DNA of 63,938 nucleotides, filler included, from Nemertoderma westbladi (taxonomy: Eukaryota; Animalia; Xenacoelomorpha): NCBI GenBank assembly GCA_032718475.1. It is 5 parts of 5 records of this genome, joined end to end, with 100 filler letters (N's around TTAATTAATTAA, not from the genome) between each part and the next. Parts side by side here need not be neighbours in the genome. Positions count along the whole stretch, not along the records: positions 47,935 to 54,687 come from JAUCBJ010001001.1; positions 54,788 to 63,938 come from JAUCBJ010001374.1; 3 more parts are not named here. The stretch is one strand, 5' to 3'. Of this stretch, positions 47,935-61,088 are shown one piece after another. Each line of letters begins with the position of its first letter. The stretch's first letter is position 1. Under the pieces are notes generated by a model. It was not told where the DNA came from. It ran no database searches and saw nothing but the letters and a program-made list of their open reading frames with translations. A program made the position numbers and the translations under genes.

Positions 47935-49811
47935 TTTAACAAAAAAAATCCACAATAATTAACGTAATTAGCTTAATTATGCATAAATTAACATAATTAA
48001 TGAGGACAAATTACGAAACAGTAGAAACACGATTTCTCATTTAGTTCTCAATGGATTTTTAAAATTATTTTTTTGTTTTAATGAGAATTATACCCGCATC
48101 AAAGTGAACGAGCAAAATTTTTCTAGACCTCACAGTTTTGGAATTATATCAAATTTTGTGACGCTTCGTTGAAAAATTCCGAAATTTTGGGAAAAAGTCA
48201 CCATAACTTTTTTTCTTATTTTTTTTCAAAATTCTGTTTGTTCATTTAATGGCACAGTTTCTGAGCATTCCAAAACAAAAAACAGATTGAAAATCGGTTC
48301 ACAAATGGCGGAGAAAACGTGTTTCCCATTTTTTCATATGTTCAAAAAATAGTTTTGAGTGAAATCGCTTTAAAGTTCGGTTATAATAATTCAAACCTTC
48401 CCGCCATTTTTAGTAATATGGATTTTTTTCCCTTTTCCTTTGTATAGTATTTTTCGAATCAATCTTTGGTGCCAATTTTGTACCTAATAAAAGTAACAAC
48501 CAAAAACAAATTGGCAACATAACAAAATTGATTTTAACAATATTTAGCAGGATGAAAGAAAGCCTTCGCGCAGCACGAGAAATTAAGTGAAGCCTTATTT
48601 ATAGAACAAATATTACTTTTTTATTAGAATATTAGAGTATTACACATATGACTAACATGAAACTTGAATTAAGACTAATACAAAACAAAATAAGTAGTTC
48701 TGAAATCATTTACTAGAGGATAGATGTTAACTTTTTATTACTATTAAGAAAAGTTAACTTTTCCCCACTATGGAATAAAACGCTATTTTCATATTTTAGT
48801 TTTCACAATATTCACAAGTTTTCACTTAGACAACAATTTTTCTGTTAGGGGTTTTCTGGATGGTGATTTCATTTCCAATGACAGTTTTTTCGTTTGACGG
48901 CAGCCAAACTGTATGTTTGGTTATCCGACTGTCAGTAATATTTTGACAGACTGACTGACAGACCGACATCCACAAAGACAGACACGGCGTCGTCTAATGT
49001 AAAAACTGACTTCAGAAATGAAATCTCTGACCAAGAAAACCCTTAGAACGGAAATTTTAGCTGGGTTGCGTGCTTGAATACATTTAGACAGACTGACCGA
49101 CAGACAGACAAATGTACAGACAGACATATAGCAGTCTAGATTCTGCAAAATATTAGAACTGACTCGGGAAATTAAGTTACCGAATTAAAACACGGTAACA
49201 AAAGTTATAGTTATAGTAGCTATAGTTATATTAGTATATGGAGTGCTTTCTTAGACTACGTCAGGCAAACCGACAGGTGCTTTATAATAATTTTGATCAG
49301 GCAGACCGACATACGGTTAGAAAATCCGCCACAACTCAAGAAGTTAAATAGATCTCACCAAGCCGTTTTCAGATTTAAAATCCTCATAAAATTCTGCTCT
49401 TGAAGAAATTATAAAAAAAAAATCAAATTTTTTGACCAAAATTACTATAACCCCCCCTTAAGTCGAACTCATTCACACTGTTGTTCGTAGAAGGAGAGTA
49501 CTTGAACGTTAGTAATTAGTTTATGAATATATTTAAACAGCATTGGTATTTTAGCATTGATATGTAATTTCAAATGCAGCCCTTAAATATATTCCCAAAT
49601 TCACAGTATTTTAAATTGTTGGCGGAAAACGCCAACACCCAGGTTGGATAGGGTTAAGATTGGTATAATAAGGTAAGCCAGGAATGCTTTGCTTAGTTAG
49701 TATGGCGTTATATTGCAAAGTGAAATCTAACTGCAGACAGTGAGTTAATTGGCCAAGTAAGGTAAGCCAGGCAGGCTCAAAGCAAACAGTCCCGAAGGCT
49801 CCTCTTTCGAT

Positions 49812-50465
49812 AGCTGCTACTACTACTAGGATCGGCATGCTGCATTGCAGCTGCATTTTTAAGAATGCTGTGCGGCTTATCGACAAAATTGCACCGCCAC
49901 AACTCCCTATCACCCATAACATTTGCTAGATCATCCGCATCTTCAAGGTCAGTGTCCTTTAAGATGCGTCTCAAGAAAGTCATGGGCTGTCCACCATGCT
50001 TATTCACTCCATGGGGCTGCCAAAGTACAAGATTATGCACTGGCTGGTCCTCATGGCGAAAGCAATGTCCTGCAAAGCGGAGGCGATTTTGTTCTAGTGT
50101 CAAGCTTGGGGGAACCAATGAGACACCTCCAATGTTATATAGTGTCTGGTTGGAGATGTGTCCATTGTACTTGACACAATGAACCCGGCGTAGCATTCTT
50201 GTGAATGTGCCATCCAGAGATTTGGTGTCCTCAGCAGTTAGAGCCCAGCATGGACTCCCGTAGAGGAGTACTGGAACGACTGCTGCTCTAATTAATCGGA
50301 CCTTAAGTTTCCAATTAATTCTCGGTGACTTCCAAATCCTGGAAAGCCTATTCACGGCTGCCCATGCCTTTCCCTTACGTATTCGAAGGTCCTCACCTGA
50401 CTTCCGGATCCATGATCCCAGGTAACAGAAGTCGTCCACATGCTCAAGCATACCATCCTTTGAGC
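49812..50465 (-). mobile_element. 5'-truncated RTE-clade LINE (RT C-terminus)
   Basis: VDDFCYLGSWI, RKGKAW, LLYGS..W and RLRFAGHC; (TAG)n tail near 49815-49829. Confidence 0.85.
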
Positions 50466-50999
50466 CTCATCAATAACACAAGATACAATACTAAAGTTGT
50501 AAAGTGCTAAATAACAACTCGCTGTTACAGTAGTACCAACGTCGTTGGGTAATGTTACAATTTTGGAATAAAATATTTTAATCGTAATTCGTTTAGTTAC
50601 TGGTCGCTATTTCCCTTGCCTACACATCAGCAAGGCGACGTATCGCCTGTCACCTACCAGTTGCAGTATTCACGAAAGTCAAACATGTGGCAAATGCCAT
50701 AGATTTAGATCTTTGCTAGAGATGTTCAAAGCCTGGCTTACCTAGGTGGAGGTAAACTGCAATGTGAAATATAACAGAAGAAAGATCGAAACGCCACAAA
50801 AAATATACAGTCTTGTGCGCAACCAAAATTTATGGAGAGTTTGTTATTAAAATTTTTGCGTACCTGCTTGAGTTTTTGAGATATTGGATGGTTATACATA
50901 CATATATATACACGAAGTGGGGCCTTCGCGCAGCACGTGAAATGAGTTAATGCTAAGTATCAACTCGAAAGGATTATAAAAACATAGGAGCAGATTTTC

Positions 51000-52044
51000 C
51001 CGGAAAACGTTAACCCTCTAGCGGGAGACTGGGTAACTGAAGAAGGAAGGATTAGTTTCCCTACAAAGCCACAGCCTATGGTCTATTACATATCTACCAA
51101 GTTTCCGATTGACGGATCATAAATAACGAAATGTTGGAAGGTTTTCACTTTCATACATTTAGCCCTCTAGCGGCATATTAAAGAACTACGGATCGATCAC
51201 CTTCCTCACAAAGACGAGGCATGTGGTCTAGTACATACCGGTACTGTATATTCCAAAATTCAGCTTAAATAGATTAAGATCAAGGAATTCGCGAAGGTTA
51301 TCACTTTCCTACATTTCGCCCTCTAGCGGCAGACTCGAAAACTCCGGACCGATTACTGTCCACACAAAGACTTAGGATGTCTTCTAGTACATATATGACA
51401 AGTTTCAGCGTAATCAGATCATAAACAACTAAATGGAAGAATAATTTCACATTCGGGACATTTCGCCCTCTAGCGGCAGACTGGAGAACTGCAGACAGAT
51501 TAGCCTCCTTTGAAATTTACAGCTAATGGTCTAGTACATACTTCCCAAGTTTCAGCTTAAACGGATTAAAAGCAAAGAAATGGGTGGCCATTTAATGTTT
51601 AGACATGTGGCCCTCTAGCGGCAGACTGGAAAACTTCGGACCGATTACAATCCACACAAAGACTCAGGATGTCATCTAGTACATATATGACAAGTTTCAG
51701 CGTAATCAGATCATAAACAACTAAATGGAAGAATAATTTCACATTCGGGACATTTCGCCCTCTAGCGGCAGACTGGAGAACTGCAGACAGATTAGCCTCC
51801 TTTGAAATTTACAGCTAATGGTCTAGTACATACTTCCCAAGTTTCAGCTTAAACGGATTAAAAGCAAAGAAATGGGTGGCCATTTAATGTTTAGACATGT
51901 GGCCCTCTAGCGGGAGACCATTGCACTGATGGTGTCTGAAAGTCTCTCAAAAATCTCAACTTTTGCTCATATTGATACCTACAAATTTTCAACTTGGCAG
52001 CTTTAAATCCGACAAAGTTATTAGCATGTCAAAATCGTAACGAC

Positions 52045-52106
<62 letters not shown>

Positions 52107-52183
52107 CAACTATTTGCATAAATTGACCCACCCCCTAACAGTGTCAATTCGCTAAGGCTCCGCCAACTTCGTGGCTCGCCCCA
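51000..52183 (+). mobile_element. Helentron/DINE-1-like non-autonomous element with seven ~145-156-bp internal units, (CGA)n microsatellite and 3' hairpin
   Basis: CCCTCTAGCGG recurs near 51013, 51162, 51318, 51465, 51610, 51757 and 51902; a ~292-bp dimer is duplicated; (ACG)n at 52040-52110; GCCAacttcgTGGC stem near the end. Confidence 0.6.
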
Positions 52184-52584
52184 CACACACACAACCACCC
52201 CGTGTTTTTTAACGTTTCAACTCTTCACAAGAACTACCCTGGTTCGTTATAACTTTTTTTATTACTCATGTGATTCGTTTGATTTTTTGGGCAAGTGACT
52301 CATTGGGTGAGTGACTGCAATGCACCCCGCCGATGAGACTGACATTATTTAAATGACTGCTTACTGCGTGGGATAATATTATTATTGAATCTATAACTGA
52401 AACTGTAACTGAAATTTTATCGCGATCAAAACTGCAACTGTAATTGAAATGCTAAATTTTTTAATACTGAAACTGTAACTGAAATGTTACACTTTGTAAT
52501 ACTGAAACTGTGACTGTAACTGAATTGCAAAACTTTGAATACTGTAACTGAAATTTAGTAAAAATTGATTCAGTTCTCAACACT

Positions 52585-53190
52585 AGTCACAACCACTCAA
52601 CGCTATGCCACAGCCACCCAACGCTATACCACAGCCACAGCCAATCAACGCTATGTCACAGACATCCAATGCGATGTCACAGCCACACAATGCTATGTAA
52701 CAGCCACTCAACACTATGTCACAGCCACAGCCACTCAATGCTATCTCACAGCCACAGCTACCCAACGCTGTCACAGCCACTCAATGTTATGTCACAGCCA
52801 CAGCCACTCACTCAACGCTATGTCACAGCCACTCGATGCTATATCACCGCCACTCAACGCTACGTCACAGCCACTCAACGCTACGTCAAAGCCACTCAAC
52901 GCTGTCACAGCCACTCAATGCTATGTCACAGCCACTCAACGCTGTCACAGCCACTCAGTGCTATGTCACAGCCACTCAACGCTGTCACAGCCACTCAATG
53001 CTATGTCACAGCCACTCAATGCTATCTCACAACCACAGCTACCCAACGCTGTCACAGCCACTCAATGCTATGTAACAGCCACAGCCACTCAACGCTATGT
53101 CACAGCCACTCGATGCTATGTCACCGCCACTCAACGCTACGTCACAGCCACTCAACGCTACGTCACAGCCACTCAATGCTAAGTCACAGG
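52585..53190 (+). repeat. ~19-27-bp minisatellite (GTCACAGCCACTCAA(C/T)GCTAT)n
   Basis: Direct tandem array; preceded by (AACTGAAACTGT)-type repeats at 52395-52555. Confidence 0.95.
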
Positions 53191-53857
53191 AACATAATCA
53201 GGAACAAAATCGCTTGGCAGTTTGCTTGGGAAAAATAAGAAAATGCGTAAATTGAATACAAATCAGGTAGAAACAATTAAAACATATTTTATTTCAGAAT
53301 ATTAGATTCTCGATTACCTTCGGCATTGTGTGGAAATTGTCGAACAATAATTGACCAATATGGGAGAGGTAACGTTTCACGAAACATTGAAATGTTTGAC
53401 TATAACAAGTTATCTTCCCAAAACCAGCAACAAGAAGAGCAGCGTACGAACAGTGTCGATGTGGTTTATGCAATTATGCGTGATGTAGTCAATTTGCAAG
53501 TAGTGGTAGTAATATTTATATTCAGAAGAGAAAACTGCCAGGTCCTGTTTCTAAGAAGAAGCCCACCCCATCATCAAGTACTACTGAACAATCTTCTAAA
53601 CATTATTATATTATATTATTTATCTACAGTATATTATCATAATATTGCATTATTAGTCACTACTATATTACTATACAGTAGGCATATTACCATATTACTT
53701 TTTTTTACATGCAGAACCAGTTTCTCATTGTTATTTAATACAGAATAACATTTTTAATGTGAATTTGAATTTCCCGCTGTCCCTCTGCCGTGATTTTATT
53801 ATTATCAATACCATTGTATGATGCATTTGTTCTTATTATTGATGTTGATTATATTGA

Positions 53858-54058
53858 ATGGGAGAATCTTTTAGGCTCGTTAAGCCAAGGAATGCCTGTT
53901 CACCACCATGGGTGATCTTACATAGTAAATCCTTCTACGCTGTTTCCCAAGTTGCCTTGGTTCCCATTTATTGACCACTGAAGGATGAAAGCCGGGGTTG
54001 GGCTAGGCTGCAGCATTTAAAGCACTGCGCCCAAACAGTGCTGCCCCATCTAGGGATC
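53858..54058 (-). mobile_element. Second copy of the SINE at 21331-21532
   Basis: Near-colinear identity from ATGGGAGAATCTTTTAGGCTCG to CATCTAGGGATC. Confidence 0.85.
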
Positions 54059-54687
54059 TAGGGATACACTTAGTCTAGTATTTACTGTATTGTTACTATT
54101 TTACTTGTAGATTCGCCTAACCTCAGTTTGTACTGGGGTGGTGTGTCAGGGCACGTATGGATATCCCCACAGACAATCCCCATTGGTGCAAGGCATCCTT
54201 GAACTTCGACACCACTGGTTTCATGACGCCCCCCACTCGCCCATCCACTGGAAGGAAAACCGGTACTCTATCACTCGCTTCCCTCCGGGTAACCCTCCCC
54301 CTACCACCGCTACTCCCCCGTAACCCCTCTAGAACCTCTAGGTACCCAACCGCCCAACAGTCCGTTAAATCGGTCCCTGGCGGACACAAACGCTGCCCCC
54401 CCTCCCGTCAAACGCCAAAATCGTTTGATCTGGCCCTTCACAATGCCCTGTAGGACTGCATTGTCATGGTGACTACTGTAGGGGATAGGTAATTTTTTTT
54501 ATAACGGTTTAAAGTGAACAGCAGTACCTATACGGTTGTCCCCTCCCCTAATAAACAAATCTAAATCCAAAAAGGTGGATTTATCATGCGAAAACTCAAC
54601 GGTAAACTGAATAGAGTCACGCCCAAACAGAGTAGACTGATACGATAGCAATAGTGTTGGAAATCTGGGGTTTACTAGTAGTGATAC

Positions 54688-54787
54688 NNNNNNNNNNNNN
54701 NNNNNNNNNNNNNNNNNNNNNNNNNNNNNNNTTAATTAATTAANNNNNNNNNNNNNNNNNNNNNNNNNNNNNNNNNNNNNNNNNNNN
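54688..54787. other. Artificial contig-join spacer
   Basis: N44-TTAATTAATTAA-N44. Confidence 0.97.
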
Positions 54788-55572
54788 ATAAATAATTAAT
54801 TAATGCGCTGTGCGTTCAAATAGAATGTAATCTATCGCAAGTACCTCTGTGATACGTTACTGTTTGACCATCATGACAATAGTTCTTAAGAAAGTACCTG
54901 ACAATTCAGATAGTGGGGGACTTTCGACGCAATTAAAATGCATTCCTCTCCAGGGGAAATTCGACGTAAATAACAGCTGATTACTCCCAATAACTAAAAC
55001 TGTAACCTGTTTTATTGCATGACTTTAGTTTATTGTTTTGGTTAAAATAACGTGCCACTGTACACTGCTCCTTTCCCTAAATTGATAATTTAACATTGAA
55101 GCGAGATATTACAGTAATTCGTCGAGATGGAATTAGCGTCCAGTTTCCCTCCTGTCTCGGACAATTATATATAATTTTGAAGATAATTTTTGGTCCTTCT
55201 TATGACACCAACTTCAACAAACCCTCAACGTGCAATCCGGGTGCATCCGGGTGAAAAACATTGCCATTTGCCATTTAAAGTACTGTAGCAGGTTAGTAAA
55301 GGAGCAGGTTACAGAGGCGTGTTGAATTTGAGTGTAATGACATACACAAGACATTATTAAATAAGCATTAAACGAAACATAACAAAACAAGATTACCCAT
55401 ACTATTTTTATAGATACCGGTAGGATAGTTAGTACAGTTGTAGTAACAGTGTACGTACAGTGTAACAGACTGAAAGCTCTATTAGAATACTGCGATAAAT
55501 CCGGTATGAGTGTGAATACAAAAAAGACACAACGTTTTTTTGTTGTGAACGGCAACATACATGACAGGGAAC

Positions 55573-58500
55573 TGTAAGCGGATCAAATTCGCTGCACCAC
55601 CCAGCGGAAAATGGGGAAAGTGGCCCTTTACCAATTATAATTGGCTAGGTGACATTACCAATATAATGTCACCTAACAACCAACGAAGGCAATATACATT
55701 GCCAGCCACAAGTAGAGATGAGAGGCTATAGGCCATCTCAGGGGGACGAAGGAAGCTAGCACGTGGGTATCAGAGAACAGGGAGTGCCAAGGGAGGGAAG
55801 AATAGATTAGCCAATGGTGGGGCAGAACACCATCTGATTGGGATGCATCCATTGGCCAGGCCAAGTACCAAATAGCAACATTCCATATGTGTTAGTAATA
55901 TAACCGTTGCCTTTATTACCTGTTGTTCAGTTGGTTTGTGTAGTGTTGTGGAAGCAAGACAGTTTAGACCGTCATCGTCGTCATTAACCGTGCTATTATT
56001 GTATTCTGAATGTGCTTCTTGAAAACCCGACTACGAGATCCAAGACGAACAGTGACAGCGCAAACGCCAACAGAAACAACCATGAGCGAAACAAGAATGC
56101 CCCAGGGTTCGGAGAGGGGGGGAAGTCTGCCGCGAACCAAAAGCGACAGAGACCAAATGATTTGGGAGGCGGCGATGAGGCAGTACCGGCCCGCCACACA
56201 GGGTTCACTGAGGAACAACCATTCGGTGGTAGAGGAGGAAGGCGGGCGGGTACATGGGGAGGAGAGAAGCGAGTTGGCACGGGACGGGAGCGGTGAAAGA
56301 AGTACCGGAGTCACCAGCCAACCAATGGCTGCCAGTGGCGGGCGGCCCACTGAAACGGTAATGGTGGGGCCGATGGTACCATGCCAGACGAGGAGAGGAG
56401 GTCAAGAAGTCGAGGAGGAGGACGTCGGGACGAGTGATCGCCTATGATGGGCGTATAACACCACAAGGAAAACTCTAAAGGATGCTAAGACAGGAGGAAA
56501 GGTAGACGAGCCCAAGTTGAATCGGAGACTCGGTGAGTGTAACAAACATTTTCACTACCTAGCCTGATTTGGGCAGGGGGAACTGGCGAGTGAAAGGACA
56601 AGAGGGGTCGCCACAGAACTGTTTGAATTGTGGCGATCTAAGATAATACCGTATGGTGTAGTGTACATAGGGCCTTATCTGGTGGATGCGCGGGGGATTA
56701 AGTTAGTGAGATGGGCGGGTCCGAACGACGCCTAAGCCGAAGTTAACCCAGAGGATTCGGTGACATCCATTGGTGAAACCACTAGCAAGCACGGCAAAAT
56801 TAGTAGAATGAACAGGCGATGGGAGTCCGTCGCAACCGAAAAGTCCGCTACATCCTCCGCGAAAGCAAGAAGGGTTTTAGAGATAGATCTGGCGTGTCAG
56901 CTAGACATGGTCGCATTAGACCAAAAGGAATTAGAGAGAAAGCTGGATGAGGGGACTGCATTACTAGAAAGGGAAAAGCAGCTAGTGAGAGAGTGTGACG
57001 AGAGGGCCGAAAAGGTGGCAAGAGATTATAGAGAGCGGGATGCAAGGGAGGCGGAGTGGGGTGAGAGAGAGGTGAACGAGCACAAAGAGCGGGACGCGAG
57101 GGAGGCAGAGAGGGCTGAGAGGGAGGTGAACAAGCTCAAAGAGCAGGATGCGAAGAAAGCTGAGAGCATTGCGAGGGAGGCACAGTTAGCAGATCAGAGT
57201 GTTAGAGAGGACAGGGAGAGGGAAATAGCTGGTAAGAGAATGCGGGATGATATGCATAGCCGGTTGAGGGGGACAGCATGGAACAACAGCATGGGCATAC
57301 AACAGCATTGAGAGCTCTGGATAGGGAATTTGGCCATCCGGCGAAGATTATCCAACAAACCTTAAGGGGAATAACATCAGGCGGACTCGCGGATAACCCT
57401 GTTAGTATCAAAGCCTTTGCCAACAAAGTAGAAAAGGCATTGATAGTTTTAAAGATGCTAGAAGCACCATACGAACTTAATGCTTCAATAACATCACAAG
57501 CATAGCGCAGGCACTTCCGATTTGGTTAAGGAACAAATGGAGAAAGATTGCTTTCTCCACCCGAGAGAAGAAGGGTGCAGAGCCGGGGTTGGAAGAGATG
57601 TTGAACTTCCTAAACTACGAAGCCGAATTGATAACGGATCCAGTGTACAGCTTGGAGAGTCTGGGCAAGGTACCGAAAGTGGAATATAGCCGACCTAAAC
57701 CGGAACACAGTGCTGCAGATGCACATCCGAGAGTGAGGCAATCATTGCCATATGCAACCATTGTGGGGACTTCTAGTCCACAGAACAACCGTGGTGGCTA
57801 TGGAGGAAACAACACCCCTGATACGGGTATATGCAGACAAAACAACAAACCATCCGAGTCGGACCTGGACGAAATACGCGAGACGCTATATATAGAGCAT
57901 TATAATCCAAACTACAGGTGTCAGCTACATAGAAATAGGATGCATAAGACCATCGATTGCAGCCAGTGGCAGGCACTGCTGAAAGAAGACTGATTAGCCT
58001 ATACTTGGAGATTTGGGTTATGCCACAGATGCGCGGTGGGAGGACATAAGAAGGATAGGTGTCGAGAGAACCCACCAAAGTACACTGAGACCAATGGGAC
58101 TGGAGGCCAAACTATGGCCACGAGTACTGGGAAATTTAAGAAGCAAGGGAGAATGTTACTGGGAGTGGTACCAGTAATGATAATAGGAGAGGATGGGCGA
58201 TCGGTAACTACACTGATGTTGATCGACAGTGGGGCAGCATTCACGTTGACAGAAAGCTGGATAGCAGATAGGCTACAGTTAAAGAGGAGGTTGAGCAAGA
58301 TGGCGGTCACCACCATATCCGCCAAGGATGAAATTCTACCAATGAGAACAGGAAGGTGTCGGATAGGGGCTGTAACTCCCAATTCCAACTATGGAGCGAC
58401 TATAGACCCTATACATATCACTCAATCCATAAAGATCAATGCCAGGTGGCCGACAAAGATCAAAGTCGAACAGTATCAGCACCCGGATTCGATTGACCTG

Positions 58501-60745
58501 TCGACACCGGACCTTGACATGCCAGAGGTGTCTCTGATTGTCAGGATGGATTGCCCGACAGCCCATGAGAGGCTAGATATGATATTTGGAAGCGATAAGG
58601 AGTGAGACCCAGTGGCGATCCTAATGCCATTTGGATAGATGCTTACTGGGCCTATAAAGTCCAGGGGTGACATCCTGCCGCCAAGTGATGACAAGACAAA
58701 GAGTGGCATTTTGCCACCAGGGGATGATGATGAGTTCTGTGGGGTGACGGAAAGATCCGATCTTAGGGTGGAGGAGAAGGGAAGGACAGATCGAAGAGAG
58801 TTGGAATTGACAAGGAGAGTGGGGCGAGGAGTGGGAGGACCTACAGGGGGGCAGTGGGAGAGTTGCCTGCTGGAAGAATCGCCCTTAGGTTGATGAGTCG
58901 TCCAATAAATTGGACTGAGGGAGGTGGGAATGAGGGTGATACACCCTTCCCACAAAAAAAAATAATAAAAAAAATAATAATAATATTTAGGAGTAGCTAG
59001 TTATAATTACGTACGTCCGATGGGTACAAATGTACAATACATATATAGTACACATGTACTAACATATGGTACAAACGTACCAACGTACATAATAGGAGTA
59101 GCTATTTACAATTACGTACGTCCGATGGGTACAAAATGTACAATACATACGTGGTACATATGTACTAACGTATGGTACGAATGTACCAATGTACACAATT
59201 TACAATACTTACGCCGGGTCAATGGGACCAATACTAACGCCAGGTCAATGGGACCGTACATACACGCTAATGCCAGGTCAACAGGACCATACATACATAA
59301 TAATACCGGGTCAACGGGACCATATAGAGCTTAGCTGGAGTCATGATTAAGGGTTAACGGATGTATTAGGGAAACACATGGGAGGAAGAGTAGAGGGGTA
59401 GGCCAACCCAGATTGTGTGGTCATTGAACAACAGGGCAGAGTTTAGGATTTATTGTGAGAGCTCATATCCTGCGGGATAAGAATCATCCAGATGGGCACT
59501 ACCGGGGGTATGAGTAGGAGGGACACTTGATGGGACCACCAGAGAAACGTTACCGAGAGATGGTAAACGTACAATGTACTATAGTCAGATGGACCTTTTC
59601 CAATTAGCTACTACTTGGCTGGAACGGGAGGACGAGGCAAAGGACCCACTTACCGCATATGTGCGCATGTGTGTGAGGTTGTGTGGGCTAACAGGCATGT
59701 AGAGTGAGAATAAAAGGGGTTGAGTATAAGAGGAGCATGGGGAGGAGGTGCTGGAGTTTGGGGGAAAAGGCAGGAAGTGCGTGATCCAAGAGTGGGGGGG
59801 GGGGGGGCGAGCAGGGAGGAGGATGAGTCCTCTGGGACTAGTGAGGTGAGGAGGAGGTGAGGAGGTTAGATGATAGTGTCCGGGGAGAAATATTGAGTGA
59901 GGAGAAATGGCGATCGTCTAAACAGAGACGCCAGATGACTTGGTACAGCTTAGCTCGCAGATGTACCAAGGATGGGTAGTGAGAACAAACCCATGGGGAC
60001 TAGTCTGGAAAACTGGTCCCAAGAAAAATATACCACCCCACATCCAATACTAGATTGGATTCCAGCGGAATTGGAGCACACTTTAGGTTGATGCTATCTT
60101 CTCACCGGGAAGATAGCATGGAGGGAGTGTAAGCAGATCCAATTCGCTGCACCACCCAGTGTAAAATGGGGAAAGCGGCCTTTTACCAATTATAGTTGGC
60201 TAGGTGACATTACCAATATAATGTCACCTAACAACCAACAAAGGCAATATACATTGCCAGCCACAAGGAGAGATGAGAGGCTATAGGCCATCTCAGGGGG
60301 ACAAAGGAAGCTAGCACATGGGTATCAGAGAACAGGGAGTGCCAAGGGAGGGAAGAATAGATTAGCCAATGGTGGGCAGAACACCATCTGATTGGGGTGC
60401 ATCCATTGGCCAGGCCAAGTACTAAATAGCAACATTCCATATGTGTTAGTAATATAACCGTTGCCTTTATTACCTGTTGTTCAGTTGGTTTGTGTAGAGT
60501 TGTGGAAGCAAGACGGTTCAGACCGTCGTCGTCGTCATTAACCATGCTATTATTGTATTCTGATTGTGCTATTATTGTATTCTGACATTACGAACAACTG
60601 CCACTAAAAACTCAGTGATTCTTTCGGCCTCCGGCCTTTCAGATACCACAAGCCTTTCAGCAGCCAGCGGACGTGGCAACGCGTACTATCCAAAAACAAA
60701 CACACCGGTCGGGATTCCCTCGCCAACTCGGCCAATCCCGTCACA
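55573..60745 (+). mobile_element. Non-autonomous BEL/Pao-like LTR retrotransposon (degenerate gag and protease; no RT or integrase)
   Basis: TG...CA ends; 5-bp TSD GGAAC at 55568-55572 and 60746-60750; LTRs 55573-~56009 (3' part missing) and 60128-60745; PPT GGAGGGAG; gag-like LDREFGHP, LP..LRNKW and two CCHC-like knuckles; protease LIDSGA. Confidence 0.85.
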
Positions 60746-61088
60746 GGAACCAATCAGATTTCAGGGTACATCTGTATCACACTGTACTGAGTATAGGTGC
60801 ACCTTTTATGGAAGATGGTAAGATGTCTTCAGTCCTAAATATCCAGGTAAAACGCTGTGAGGATGTGGCCAATAAATTCGCGATTTTCTGTGCGGAAAAT
60901 GCAAACATGCCCTTTGCCTTGAAACGTATGGAACGCTGGAAGGTGCCTTACTTGCGACGGTATTTTACAGGTGCGAAACCTGGTTGAGCTCTAATGTTAA
61001 AACAATTGAGCGTTGATATATGAAGATGATTAAATGCCTGTTGGTGGTAAGAATACAAACTTCAAACGATATGTGTCTAGTCGAATTA

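Noticed and set aside
51989-52198. Protamine-like poly-Arg ORF
   Set aside because: Translation of a (CGT)n microsatellite within a repeat element
52565-53238. Thr/Ala/Cys-rich antifreeze- or mucin-like ORFs
   Set aside because: Open in all three frames with mixed unit lengths that shift frame; non-coding minisatellite
54123-54453. Possible Penelope-like RT C-terminal relic on the minus strand (GIVKGQIKRFWRL)
   Set aside because: One weak motif only; no RT core or GIY-YIG domain visible
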